The notes beneath the pieces are model-generated. The model was not told the DNA's origin and ran no database searches. It saw only the letters and a program-made list of their open reading frames with translations. This document shows, piece by piece, positions 8,444 through 15,843 of a stretch of DNA of 30,231 bases (position 1 is its first letter; each line of letters starts with the position of its first letter). The position numbers were made by a program, and so were the translations under genes. Source of the DNA: a virus (Duplodnaviria > Heunggongvirae > Uroviricota > Caudoviricetes); the IMG/VR virus record IMGVR_UViG_2695420421_000005. One strand, written 5' to 3'.

Positions 8444-8471
8444 CCCGAGTTTGCCGACTCGGGTTTTTTTT
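8444..8471. terminator. Intrinsic terminator in the repA upstream/leader region, potentially bidirectional
   Basis: Stem CCCGAGT/ACTCGGG with 6-nt loop followed by T8 on the plus strand; on the minus strand the same hairpin is followed by TCCTTTTC and lies downstream of cB and upstream of repA. Confidence 0.65.
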
Positions 8472-8565
8472 CGTCTTTTTTCTGCTGCTGTAACCTGAGT
8501 CAACCCACAGAACATATGCTCTGCATTAAACCAGATTTACAGCAAACAATAAACCCCGTATTAAG

Positions 8566-9162
8566 TCATCTACCCTCAACCATGAATGATTTGATCGTTC
8601 CGACTATTTGGTGAACAAATTCAAGATCGCTTTTCCTGAAGATGGCGCGTTGTGAATTTGTTCCGTCCAGATAGTAATTTTCATCATCAAAACGGGCCAG
8701 GCGCTGGATGGTGATATTTCCTGCAGTATCACGAACCAGAACATCCTCGCCGGGGACCAGTTCCAGCGCAGAATCGACCAGGAGAAAATCGCCAGGCTGA
8801 TAGTTTCCCTGCGCCAGATTGCTGATAGTTAACGCATAAACAGTATTGCGCTGGCTGATGAATGGCAGGAATCGCTCAGTATTTGGAACCTGTCCTGGCT
8901 TCCACTCTTCATCAGGTCCACTTTCAGTTGTGCCAATAACAGGAATGCGATCAGGGTCATATTCTGTCCCATACAGCACCCAATGCACTGGCTTGCGTAA
9001 GCATTTAGCCAGGGCAATACCTATCTCCAGTGACGGCATTACGTCGCCACGTTCTAAGTTTTGGACGCCTGCAATAGAGATATCGACAGCCTCAGCAACT
9101 TCTCGCAACGTCAGCTTCATCTCTAAACGGCGTGCTTTCAGTCGTTCGCCTCGTGTTTTCAT
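8566..9162 (-). CDS. cB: Prophage repressor CB (CI-like: N-terminal HTH plus C-terminal S24/LexA-like domain), 198 aa
   Basis: N-terminal HTH (LTLREVAEAVDISIAGVQNLERG) and C-terminal peptidase S24-like fold region; divergent from cro across an operator-containing spacer. Confidence 0.9.
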   Translation of the reverse strand: MKTRGERLKARRLEMKLTLREVAEAVDISIAGVQNLERGDVMPSLEIGIALAKCLRKPVHWVLYGTEYDPDRIPVIGTTESGPDEEWKPGQVPNTERFLPFISQRNTVYALTISNLAQGNYQPGDFLLVDSALELVPGEDVLVRDTAGNITIQRLARFDDENYYLDGTNSQRAIFRKSDLEFVHQIVGTIKSFMVEGR

Positions 9163-9184
9163 AGCTTAATCATAAATGATCTTC

Positions 9185-9226
9185 TTATAGCTGGCTATAA
9201 AATTTATTTATTATAGCTGGCTTTAA
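9185..9226. promoter_or_regulatory. Operator region between cB and cro: two 16-bp palindromic sites TTATAGCTGGCTATAA (9185-9200) and TTATAGCTGGCTTTAA (9211-9226)
   Basis: Two near-identical inverted-repeat sites 26 bp apart in the divergent intergenic region; TATAAT at 9242-9247 just upstream of the cro ATG. Confidence 0.6.
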
Positions 9227-9253
9227 TTGTTGTTTATTGTTTATAATAACAAC

Positions 9254-9475
9254 ATGAAACCAGAAGAACTTATTCGCCACTTTGGCAGTGTAGAAAAAGC
9301 AGCGGCAGGGGTAGGTGTAACACCCGGAGCTGTTTACCAATGGTTAACCGCTGGAGAGATTCCTTCATTGCGGCAAAGCGATATTGAAGTTCGTACTGCT
9401 TATAAGCTGAAGAGTGACTTTACAACTCGGCGGGTAAAGCAGTCGATTAAGGAGAGTCGTAAGCGTGGAGCTTGA
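9254..9475 (+). CDS. cro: Cro-like HTH regulator (73 aa from the ATG at 9254)
   Basis: Small basic HTH protein (HFGSVEKAAAGVGVTPGAVYQWL) divergent from the repressor gene; the ORF-track start at 9227 is TTG, the internal ATG is more plausible. Confidence 0.8.
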   Translation: MKPEELIRHFGSVEKAAAGVGVTPGAVYQWLTAGEIPSLRQSDIEVRTAYKLKSDFTTRRVKQSIKESRKRGA

Positions 9476-10175
9476 GTATATACGCAGCTGCGTCTCTACG
9501 GCATTGGCTGATGTTCATTATCGCCAGCGTGGCATTCTGGAGGTCCAGCTTGAGCAGATGCGTCTCGGTAGATCAGGACGGTTTAACAATAAACCAGTCC
9601 GGTCAATCAGTGTGGGGGATGATAACTCATACGAAGTGTCCGTTCCTGCTGAGCCGGTTAGATTCCACCAGGGGAAAACATTTAAACAATCATCAATGTT
9701 GCTCACTGATATTGATTTTCAGAGCGCCAGCTGGCGCAGGGCTATTGGTCAGTTGAATAACGAGGAATCAGCCTGGCTTTATTATTGCTACGGATGCAAG
9801 CCTGATTACAACAATGATGTGATTGTTTGTCAGTGGTTATGGCTTGATTTTCTGGTTGCTCATTCGGGGGGCGGCTTTAAAAAAATGAAGGCCTCCACGA
9901 AAAAAGCCATGCGGAAATTGATTTATTACGCGGCACAGCAGGTTAAATCAGAACTTACGTGTGCTGAGGCAGTTGATGAGAGAGAACAGGACAGGCATCT
10001 GAGTCTTCTACTGAATATATCTATTGATAGCTGGAGACAAGATTATAAAGAACGCTGGCTTTTAATTAAGTCGCGATGTCTGAGCTTAAATCGAACTGCA
10101 TTATTAAATGCGGCGGAGAAGCGCAGTGAAATCATCAAACGCCATCGGGCAGGAAGTGCCATTCTGCCTTTGTAA
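9465..10175 (+). CDS. Hypothetical protein (236 aa), positional analogue of the Q antiterminator in a cB-cro-Q arrangement
   Basis: GTG start overlapping the cro end with AAGGAGAG upstream; product assignment is by position only, no motif confirmed. Confidence 0.65.
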   Translation: MELEYIRSCVSTALADVHYRQRGILEVQLEQMRLGRSGRFNNKPVRSISVGDDNSYEVSVPAEPVRFHQGKTFKQSSMLLTDIDFQSASWRRAIGQLNNEESAWLYYCYGCKPDYNNDVIVCQWLWLDFLVAHSGGGFKKMKASTKKAMRKLIYYAAQQVKSELTCAEAVDEREQDRHLSLLLNISIDSWRQDYKERWLLIKSRCLSLNRTALLNAAEKRSEIIKRHRAGSAILPL

Positions 10176-10182
10176 ACAAGTT

Positions 10183-10428
10183 ATGTTCAGGAAACCGTCG
10201 AAGCCAGAATTAAGGTATTCGGGGGTAAGAAATGAATATGTTATCTGGTGTCCAACTTGTGGTTACAGGACACGACCAGATAGTAATAAGCAGTCTGTAA
10301 TTGCCGATTGGTATTTATCAAATCAGCCAGGTAATAAGCATATAGAAAATCTTTGGATTAAGCGTTACTTGGAAATCAGAGAGGGTGCGACCGTGGTCGC
10401 ACAAGAAAATGAAAATAACGCCATTTAA
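10183..10428 (+). CDS. Small zinc-ribbon-like protein, possibly Lar-family restriction alleviation protein (81 aa)
   Basis: CPTCG plus VIADWYLS resembles the Lar-family CPFCG...AI.AWN pattern, but only one CxxC is present; start at the internal ATG after the upstream stop. Confidence 0.4.
   Translation: MFRKPSKPELRYSGVRNEYVIWCPTCGYRTRPDSNKQSVIADWYLSNQPGNKHIENLWIKRYLEIREGATVVAQENENNAI
10386..10401. repeat. sopC-like inverted repeat TGCGACC-GT-GGTCGCA (copy 2, within the 3' end of the Lar-like ORF)
   Basis: Same 7-2-7 inverted repeat as the other copies. Confidence 0.5.
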
Positions 10429-10612
10429 GCAGGGGCCGATGACGCATGATGAAGCAGAGCGTCTTTCAGATAATTATCGGCGGCGTGGTAAGAAAGTTCT
10501 GGTTGTTCGTTCTGATTTTTTAGGTGATGGATATTGCGTTTATGTTCATTTACCTGAATCAGAAAGAACGCCAAAACCATCCAGAACATATCAACAGAAA
10601 ATTTGGGTATAG
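10409..10612 (+). CDS. Hypothetical protein (67 aa)
   Basis: ORF with internal ATG; no clear RBS; no family recognised. Confidence 0.4.
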   Translation: MKITPFKQGPMTHDEAERLSDNYRRRGKKVLVVRSDFLGDGYCVYVHLPESERTPKPSRTYQQKIWV

Positions 10613-10635
10613 ATAAACGTTGAGGAGAATTATTC

Positions 10636-11235
10636 GTGACTAATCAGATTATTTACGACAGGAAACGGTCTGATGTAATGATTGACCTTGAAACAATGGG
10701 TACTAACACATGTGCTCCAATTGTTTCTATCGGGGCAGTGTTTTTTTCTCCAGAAAATGAGGAATTAGGTCCTACTTTTTATGTGCCAGTGAATCTCAGA
10801 AGCTCGATGTTGAATGGTGGTGTCGCCGATGGTGATACCATTTTATGGTGGTTGAAACAGAGCAAGGAAGCCAGAGCCGCAATTTGTACTAATGATGCCC
10901 TTGATATTAAGGATGCACTTTTTGAATTATCACACTTTATTACTTGCCATGCATGTAATTTAAAAAAATTGAAAGTATGGGGAAATGGAGCAACGTTCGA
11001 TAATGTAATTTTACGCGGTGCTTATGAGCGCGTTGGCTTAGCCTGTCCGTGGGAATATTTTAATGATCAGGATGTTCGAACAATCGTTAATCTTGGTCAG
11101 TTTATTGGTTTTAATCCTAAAAAAGATATGCCATTTGATGGCGAACGACACAATGCCCTAGCTGATGCTATTCATCAGGCTAAATATGTATCCGCAATTT
11201 TCTCCCGTCTTGTAAAAGGTCAAGGAGAATCGTAA
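10636..11235 (+). CDS. DnaQ-like 3'-5' exonuclease (DEDDh family), 199 aa
   Basis: Exo I MIDLETMG, Exo II WGNGATFDNVIL, Exo III HNALADA motifs; GAGGAG 8 nt upstream of the GTG start. Confidence 0.8.
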   Translation: MTNQIIYDRKRSDVMIDLETMGTNTCAPIVSIGAVFFSPENEELGPTFYVPVNLRSSMLNGGVADGDTILWWLKQSKEARAAICTNDALDIKDALFELSHFITCHACNLKKLKVWGNGATFDNVILRGAYERVGLACPWEYFNDQDVRTIVNLGQFIGFNPKKDMPFDGERHNALADAIHQAKYVSAIFSRLVKGQGES

Positions 11236-11654
11236 TGGCAAAGGCTTTTACACCAGAACAGAGGGAAGAACTGAATAAACAAATTGTGGAACTCGTGCGC
11301 CTGAATGGACGAGGAACGGTTAGGCAACTTGCGGATGAAACTGGTATTAGCCGATGTGCTGTTAGTCGTTTATCAAGAGAGCTTGCTGCCAGTGGTGATT
11401 TGTATATCTCTGGCTCCGGGATATTTCTGTCTGCACAAGCACGCAAGGACTGGCAAAACGCCCGTAAAAAACTATCAAGAGTAAAGCCGAAGACATCGGT
11501 AGTGGTTGATCCAGACCTTATCTGGTCATTACCTGACGGAGAAATACGTCGTTACGACAGGCGCTTGAACATGATTTGTCACGATTGCCGGAAAAGTGAA
11601 GTTATGCAGCGTGTGCTGGCTTTTTATCAGGGAAATTTTCAGGAGGTGGCGTAG
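11235..11654 (+). CDS. Putative HTH DNA-binding protein (139 aa)
   Basis: Probable winged-helix segment VRQLADETGISRCAVSRLSRELAASGDL; start overlaps the upstream stop. Confidence 0.7.
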   Translation: MAKAFTPEQREELNKQIVELVRLNGRGTVRQLADETGISRCAVSRLSRELAASGDLYISGSGIFLSAQARKDWQNARKKLSRVKPKTSVVVDPDLIWSLPDGEIRRYDRRLNMICHDCRKSEVMQRVLAFYQGNFQEVA

Positions 11655-11944
11655 TGAATATCGACACCACGATAACGATCGATACGGCCCTAAATACCGG
11701 TCTGGCACTTCTCGGTTGGCTTTACATCATGTCCCGTGCATGGCGATGGCTTGGTTCCATTTTTCTAAAACAGTGGAAAAAACGGCGCAAACAGGAGAGA
11801 CGCCAGAAAGCGTTAGAGGCGTTCTATGACGCATTTGAACTTAGCCGCATTGAGCCTGGAACAACAGCCAGGATAGCGACAAAAGGTGACCTGATGATAG
11901 TGATGTTCCGACAGGAGAGAGCAGAGAAAGGAGAATCAGCATGA
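11654..11944 (+). CDS. Small membrane protein (96 aa)
   Basis: Hydrophobic helix ALNTGLALLGWLYIM followed by a basic KKRRKQERRQK stretch; GTG start overlapping the upstream stop. Confidence 0.55.
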   Translation: MNIDTTITIDTALNTGLALLGWLYIMSRAWRWLGSIFLKQWKKRRKQERRQKALEAFYDAFELSRIEPGTTARIATKGDLMIVMFRQERAEKGESA

Positions 11945-12675
11945 AATTTTCCAAATTTTCTGAGTTGGTGAATCGCATTTTGTCCAACAACCATAGCCAT
12001 CATCGCGATATGGATGTAACGATCGTTGTTCATTCGCCTGGTCGCATCGGTTCAACACCATCAGTTGAGGTTCAGTCAATTCAGGCGGGTTTTGATTGGG
12101 ATTCCGGGAAAGTGCTTATTTTCCCAGCACAGCCACTGACCACGCTAACACCAGAACAGATTACTGATATTACTGATAGTGTGCGCAAAGGTCAGTCTTG
12201 GCACGCATATCAGGAATATAAAAAGCATAAAGAGCAGTTGGAAAAATTGTCGATTGAACTGGATGCTGCAAAACAGCGCGTAGCAGAACTGGAAGCCAAA
12301 CCTGTAAGCCAAACTTACAAGTTAACTTTTGAGCAATGGCTGGAACAGCAGCATGACAAAATTGATGTTGATTGTGGATGTGTAAGTACTGAAATGTTTA
12401 TGCACTGGATAAGGGTCGCGTATGAGGCTGGCAACTATCCGGTAACTCCGGATGGTTGGATAAGCTGTAGTGAGCGAATGCCTGAAAAGGGCCAGAACGT
12501 GCTTATTTCGGTGAATTTCGATAGCTCTCTGGTTGAACCGCTAATATGCTCCGCACGCTATACCGGAAGCACCTTTCGGCGCGGAGATGCAACGATTAAG
12601 CCGGGTAATGCTATTGAGCAAGCAACTCACTGGATGCCGCTACCAGAACCTCCGCAGGAGTCGAAGAGTGAATAA
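11941..12675 (+). CDS. DUF551-like phage protein (244 aa)
   Basis: C-terminal region (PDGWISCSERMPEKGQNVLI...WMPLPEPP) resembles DUF551; ATGA overlap with the upstream gene. Confidence 0.75.
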   Translation: MKFSKFSELVNRILSNNHSHHRDMDVTIVVHSPGRIGSTPSVEVQSIQAGFDWDSGKVLIFPAQPLTTLTPEQITDITDSVRKGQSWHAYQEYKKHKEQLEKLSIELDAAKQRVAELEAKPVSQTYKLTFEQWLEQQHDKIDVDCGCVSTEMFMHWIRVAYEAGNYPVTPDGWISCSERMPEKGQNVLISVNFDSSLVEPLICSARYTGSTFRRGDATIKPGNAIEQATHWMPLPEPPQESKSE

Positions 12676-12889
12676 AGCAGAGTTATTTCAGAAAATATCG
12701 GCTCTCGCGACTGAATGCCACGCTATAGCATCTGAGCTTGATGTTGGCGATGAACGAACCGAGATGTTCGAAATATACAGTGTGCTGCGCAATCTCTGTC
12801 GGCGTGGCTACGCCACTCAAGTAGGGCGAATGACTAACCCACTACTCTCATCCTGTGATGAGGATGACTCGGATGAGGATGACGAATGA
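12668..12889 (+). CDS. Hypothetical acidic-tailed protein (73 aa from GTG)
   Basis: GTG start with GGAG ~9 nt upstream; C-terminus DEDDSDEDDE; overlaps flanking genes in operon-like fashion. Confidence 0.45.
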   Translation: MNKAELFQKISALATECHAIASELDVGDERTEMFEIYSVLRNLCRRGYATQVGRMTNPLLSSCDEDDSDEDDE

Positions 12890-13416
12890 TGCATAAAGCA
12901 GTAGCCGGTGAGTTTCAGAAGGAAGTCGATAATACTACCGTTCTATTGGACGATATTTTAAGCATTCTCGCGCTGCTTGAGGCTGGCGATTGGTCAGAAC
13001 ATTGCACTAAAACAGAGCTAGGCGGTCGGCTTGAAAGAGAGATTACACGACTTATTGGTGATGCGCAGGAAGCCACTGTCACTGGCTATGAGTTAATCGC
13101 TGAAGCCTGGCGTTTGATGGATGGACAAGACCCTAAAACCAGCGATTGGCATAGCAAGGCGTCGAAGTATTTAAATTCCAATATTGTAGAAAAAGTTGAT
13201 GATGACCGTATTGAGGCCGTTAAGGCTGTGTTGCGTAGGTTGGCTGGCAACTCTCCGGTAACTCCGGATGGTCATGTTCAGTTTTCTGTTTCACTTCCTG
13301 CAGCGTTTGGTGGAGATAAATATTTTATTGATGGTGTATTTCAACCTTTGAGATATGAGCGTGACTGTGAAAAAGCGGTTGTGGCCGCTGGCGGTGTAGT
13401 TAATTGGGTTAAGTAA
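12886..13416 (+). CDS. Hypothetical protein (176 aa) sharing the AGN(Y/S)PVTPDG segment with the upstream DUF551 gene
   Basis: ATGA-coupled ORF; ~32-nt near-identical segment at 13245-13276 versus 12428-12459. Confidence 0.7.
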   Translation: MMHKAVAGEFQKEVDNTTVLLDDILSILALLEAGDWSEHCTKTELGGRLEREITRLIGDAQEATVTGYELIAEAWRLMDGQDPKTSDWHSKASKYLNSNIVEKVDDDRIEAVKAVLRRLAGNSPVTPDGHVQFSVSLPAAFGGDKYFIDGVFQPLRYERDCEKAVVAAGGVVNWVK

Positions 13417-13431
13417 TTTTCAGGAGGATTT

Positions 13432-13758
13432 ATGGCGCTGACACCGGCAGAACGGCAAAGGAGACGCAGGGAACGGTTGAAGAAGGAAGGCACATCAAGA
13501 CGGGACTGGATTTTGGAGCCTGACGAGTTACGTATGTTGGGGGAAATTTGTGTATTGCGTAGACCAGGGCGAGTTCCATATTCGGAGAACGAAGTCATTG
13601 GTTTGCTGATCAGGAAAAACTATAAGGAGCTGCAGAAGCAGCTATCTACTACTTGCCCGCGATGTGGTCAAAAAATGCCTGTTTCAGAATGCATTTTTGA
13701 TGGCGAAGGGTCATGCCACCTTACAACCACGAGGCTGAAACTTGCGCTCAAAGCGTGA
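13432..13758 (+). CDS. Hypothetical protein (108 aa), arginine-rich N-terminus and Cys-containing C-terminus
   Basis: CAGGAGG RBS 6 nt upstream of ATG; MALTPAERQRRRRERLKKEG basic region. Confidence 0.7.
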   Translation: MALTPAERQRRRRERLKKEGTSRRDWILEPDELRMLGEICVLRRPGRVPYSENEVIGLLIRKNYKELQKQLSTTCPRCGQKMPVSECIFDGEGSCHLTTTRLKLALKA

Positions 13759-13768
13759 CTGGTCACGG
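13753..13768. repeat. Palindrome GCGTGACTGGTCACGG, inverted copy of the 3018-3033 palindrome
   Basis: 15 of 16 positions are the reverse complement of the site at 3018-3033; overlaps the stop codon of the upstream gene and precedes the RBS of the next. Confidence 0.5.
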
Positions 13769-13776
13769 AGGGATAA

Positions 13777-14019
13777 ATGGATAAAAAGGCATTGCTTTTT
13801 GAAATGATACGAAAACGGAGCGAAAAGAGCTTTTCTGATGGTGGTGATGGGTTTGTTTTCGCTTCTATGCTTGCTTTTGATGTTGGGTTAAATAGCAGAA
13901 TTGTTAAAAGGATGCTTGATTCTGCTGTCCGTGATGGGCTTTTGGAAGTGGTTGGGCGAGGAGTAGGAAGGGAACATAAGTATCGGACTACAAAGATATT
14001 TAACCAGTTAATCTATTGA
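13777..14019 (+). CDS. Hypothetical protein (80 aa)
   Basis: GGAGGG RBS upstream of ATG; no family recognised. Confidence 0.65.
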   Translation: MDKKALLFEMIRKRSEKSFSDGGDGFVFASMLAFDVGLNSRIVKRMLDSAVRDGLLEVVGRGVGREHKYRTTKIFNQLIY

Positions 14020-14045
14020 AAGTTGGCTATAAAATTTGAGTTTTA

Positions 14046-14065
14046 CCCTGTAATTTTATACAGTA
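14046..14065. promoter_or_regulatory. LexA (SOS) box CCCTGTAATTTTATACAGTA
   Basis: CTGT-N8-ACAG with an AT-rich spacer and ACAGTA end, matching the E. coli LexA consensus; overlaps a possible -10 (TACAGT) 17 bp after TTGAGT; preceded by GGCTATAAAATTT also found at the cB/cro operator. Confidence 0.6.
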
Positions 14066-14087
14066 TCAAATAACCTTTTTTAATTAA

Positions 14088-14306
14088 ATGGTATTAGATT
14101 CAATGACTGAAGCACCTGTATCAACTCTTGAAGAACTCGGATCAAACCTAAAAGACATCGACGCCGTTTTGGATCTGGTTAGCGTTGCTCTGGCTTCTCC
14201 AGAAGCCAGCTTGCATCTTGGCGAGATTTCACGACTTGTTAGTATGTCGCGGGAGATTGCTCAGAATTGCCAACAAGTTATTGCTGTTGAGTGTTTACAT
14301 CATTGA
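14088..14306 (+). CDS. Small acidic protein (72 aa; alternative start at 14103), candidate SOS-regulated antirepressor
   Basis: First ORF downstream of the LexA box; product assignment is inference by analogy with the N15 LexA-controlled antirepressor. Confidence 0.5.
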   Translation: MVLDSMTEAPVSTLEELGSNLKDIDAVLDLVSVALASPEASLHLGEISRLVSMSREIAQNCQQVIAVECLHH

Positions 14307-14349
14307 TATACACCCCGCCCTTCTGGACGGGGTAGCGAAAAGGGTCTAA

Positions 14350-14637
14350 TCAATAGACGGCATTAATATTAATCGTTGCACCGCATGCTTGGGCATATTT
14401 TGATAAAGTTTTCATGCTTGCCCCTAAAGGATTGCTTTCCAGGCGGCTGATAGCTGACGGGCGCAATCCCATTCGTTCAGCCAGAGCTGACTTCGTTAAA
14501 CCTGCTCTTTCCCTCATTTCGTATAACATTTCGACCATCTCCAGCTCTTTATCGGCCTCTTCATATCCTTTGATGGCTTCTGGAGTGTTGAGAAGTTTTT
14601 CTTTTACTTCGTTAAACGGGATGCCTTTCGCTTTCAT
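14350..14637 (-). CDS. HTH XRE-family antitoxin (HigA-like), 95 aa
   Basis: HTH segment LTKSALAERMGLRPSAISRLE; start overlaps the toxin stop by 1 nt; toxin-first gene order typical of higBA. Confidence 0.85.
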   Translation of the reverse strand: MKAKGIPFNEVKEKLLNTPEAIKGYEEADKELEMVEMLYEMRERAGLTKSALAERMGLRPSAISRLESNPLGASMKTLSKYAQACGATININAVY

Positions 14638-14948
14638 CAGTTCATCTCCTTCAGGCGAGTTCTGGCGATTTCGATAGCCTTCACCGGTGTTTTCTGTGTC
14701 TTTTTTACAAATGCATGCAATAGATAAATTTCGTTACCAGTCGCGTAGGCGTACAGCGTTCTTGCGATGTTTTTATCCCCTACTCGTAGTTCAAAAAGCC
14801 CTCCACCTATTACACGGCTATGGGGCATCTTCAGTTTGTTGCCTTCTTTCTCCAGTCGCTCAATTAATCTGGTCATGCGACCTCGCAAATCATCTGGTAG
14901 TTCAAGCAGTTCATCCAGTGCTGCAGGGTGGGTTATCACGTTAAACAT
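14637..14948 (-). CDS. RelE/ParE-superfamily toxin (HigB/Gp49-like), 103 aa
   Basis: Conserved IGGGLFELRVGDKNIARTLYAY core typical of HigB/Gp49-like toxins; GGAGG 9 nt upstream of ATG. Confidence 0.85.
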   Translation of the reverse strand: MFNVITHPAALDELLELPDDLRGRMTRLIERLEKEGNKLKMPHSRVIGGGLFELRVGDKNIARTLYAYATGNEIYLLHAFVKKTQKTPVKAIEIARTRLKEMN

Positions 14949-15006
14949 ATTATAGCCTCCATATCCATAAAATACACCAAAACAAGAAAACAGCGCAAAT
15001 TAAAAA

Positions 15007-15024
15007 TTTCACTAAAAAGTGAAA
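15007..15024. promoter_or_regulatory. Palindrome TTTCACT-AAAA-AGTGAAA upstream of the toxin-antitoxin operon (candidate autoregulatory operator)
   Basis: Perfect 7-bp inverted arms ~60 bp upstream of the toxin start on the transcribed side. Confidence 0.45.
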
Positions 15025-15113
15025 AATAACACTGGATGTGTTCGTTTGGCAGAGTTACAGTTCGTGTCATTGAGGGGCAATAACCAACTAACTATATGAA
15101 TTTGGAGGATATT

Positions 15114-15335
15114 ATGAATTATCAAGGTAACGAAAAAATGCGCGACGACGTTGCGGAGATAGCTAACGAACTGTATGAGTTGTGGCAGAAGGTTGAACGT
15201 TTCGAAAAGGAATATGGTTTCAACAGTACCAACCTAGCAGACCGACTGGCTGGTCGCTTAGTTGGGACTATGGGGCCAAAACTGGCTGAGTTGAACCGCT
15301 TTATGGCTGATGTTGATTTCCAGTTTCAAGATTGA
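15114..15335 (+). CDS. Hypothetical protein (73 aa from ATG 15114)
   Basis: GGAGG 6 nt upstream of the internal ATG; no family recognised. Confidence 0.6.
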   Translation: MNYQGNEKMRDDVAEIANELYELWQKVERFEKEYGFNSTNLADRLAGRLVGTMGPKLAELNRFMADVDFQFQD

Positions 15336-15348
15336 TTAGAGAGGCGTT

Positions 15349-15576
15349 ATGAATATTAATGAAATTCGTGGAAATATGACTGAAGCGGCCCTGAGTGTGG
15401 AATGTGTTATGCGTGGATACCCACGCATTTCCCTGAAAGAGTTAAGCGAAGCCTGTTTTTTGAGTCAAGCTGCCGTTGAATTTATCATCGAACAGATGAT
15501 CTGTTTTGGGGTTGCAAAGCGTAGCGGGTCTGGTCGATATTCTTTGACCGATGAATATAAGCAGGCAACTTTCTAA
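15349..15576 (+). CDS. Hypothetical protein (75 aa), possible winged-helix
   Basis: GAGAGG RBS upstream; no family confirmed. Confidence 0.65.
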   Translation: MNINEIRGNMTEAALSVECVMRGYPRISLKELSEACFLSQAAVEFIIEQMICFGVAKRSGSGRYSLTDEYKQATF

Positions 15577-15582
15577 AAACTG

Positions 15583-15598
15583 TGCGACCACGGTCGCA
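15583..15598. repeat. sopC-like inverted repeat TGCGACC-AC-GGTCGCA (copy 3, intergenic)
   Basis: Same motif, 7 nt after the stop of the upstream gene. Confidence 0.5.
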
Positions 15599-15685
15599 CA
15601 GCACAAAAACGAAAAAGCTTGGCAAAATGACGGTTTTTAGTTATTGTTTTGTTAAGTTGGGTTTTTTGTACCCAACAGCCAACAA

Positions 15686-15709
15686 GCCGCCTTTATGGCG
15701 GTTTTTTTG
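15686..15709 (+). terminator. Intrinsic terminator (short GC stem plus T7)
   Basis: GCCGCC-TTTAT-GGCGG followed by TTTTTTT. Confidence 0.5.
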
Positions 15710-15724
15710 TGCCTGAAAAGTGGG

Positions 15725-15752
15725 CGCAGGACAAGTTGCAGCTTGTCCTGCG
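15725..15752. repeat. Strong 11-bp stem hairpin CGCAGGACAAG-TTGCAG-CTTGTCCTGCG
   Basis: Perfect inverted repeat without a following T-run, upstream of the methyltransferase gene. Confidence 0.5.
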
Positions 15753-15795
15753 GTCAACCCATGCCAGAGCTATAGGCTGAACCTAAAGCCCACCC

Positions 15796-15809
15796 GCGAT
15801 GCGCATCGC
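15796..15809. promoter_or_regulatory. Perfect 14-bp palindrome GCGATGCGCATCGC ~35 bp upstream of the methyltransferase start
   Basis: Self-complementary sequence read directly; function unknown. Confidence 0.4.
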
Positions 15810-15843
15810 CGGGTTAGCTTACCCAGGCAAAAAAATAATAGCT

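Noticed and set aside
9472-9756. 94-aa plus-strand ORF and 62-aa minus-strand ORF overlapping the Q-like gene
   Set aside because: Alternative frames of a longer ORF with a proper start and RBS.
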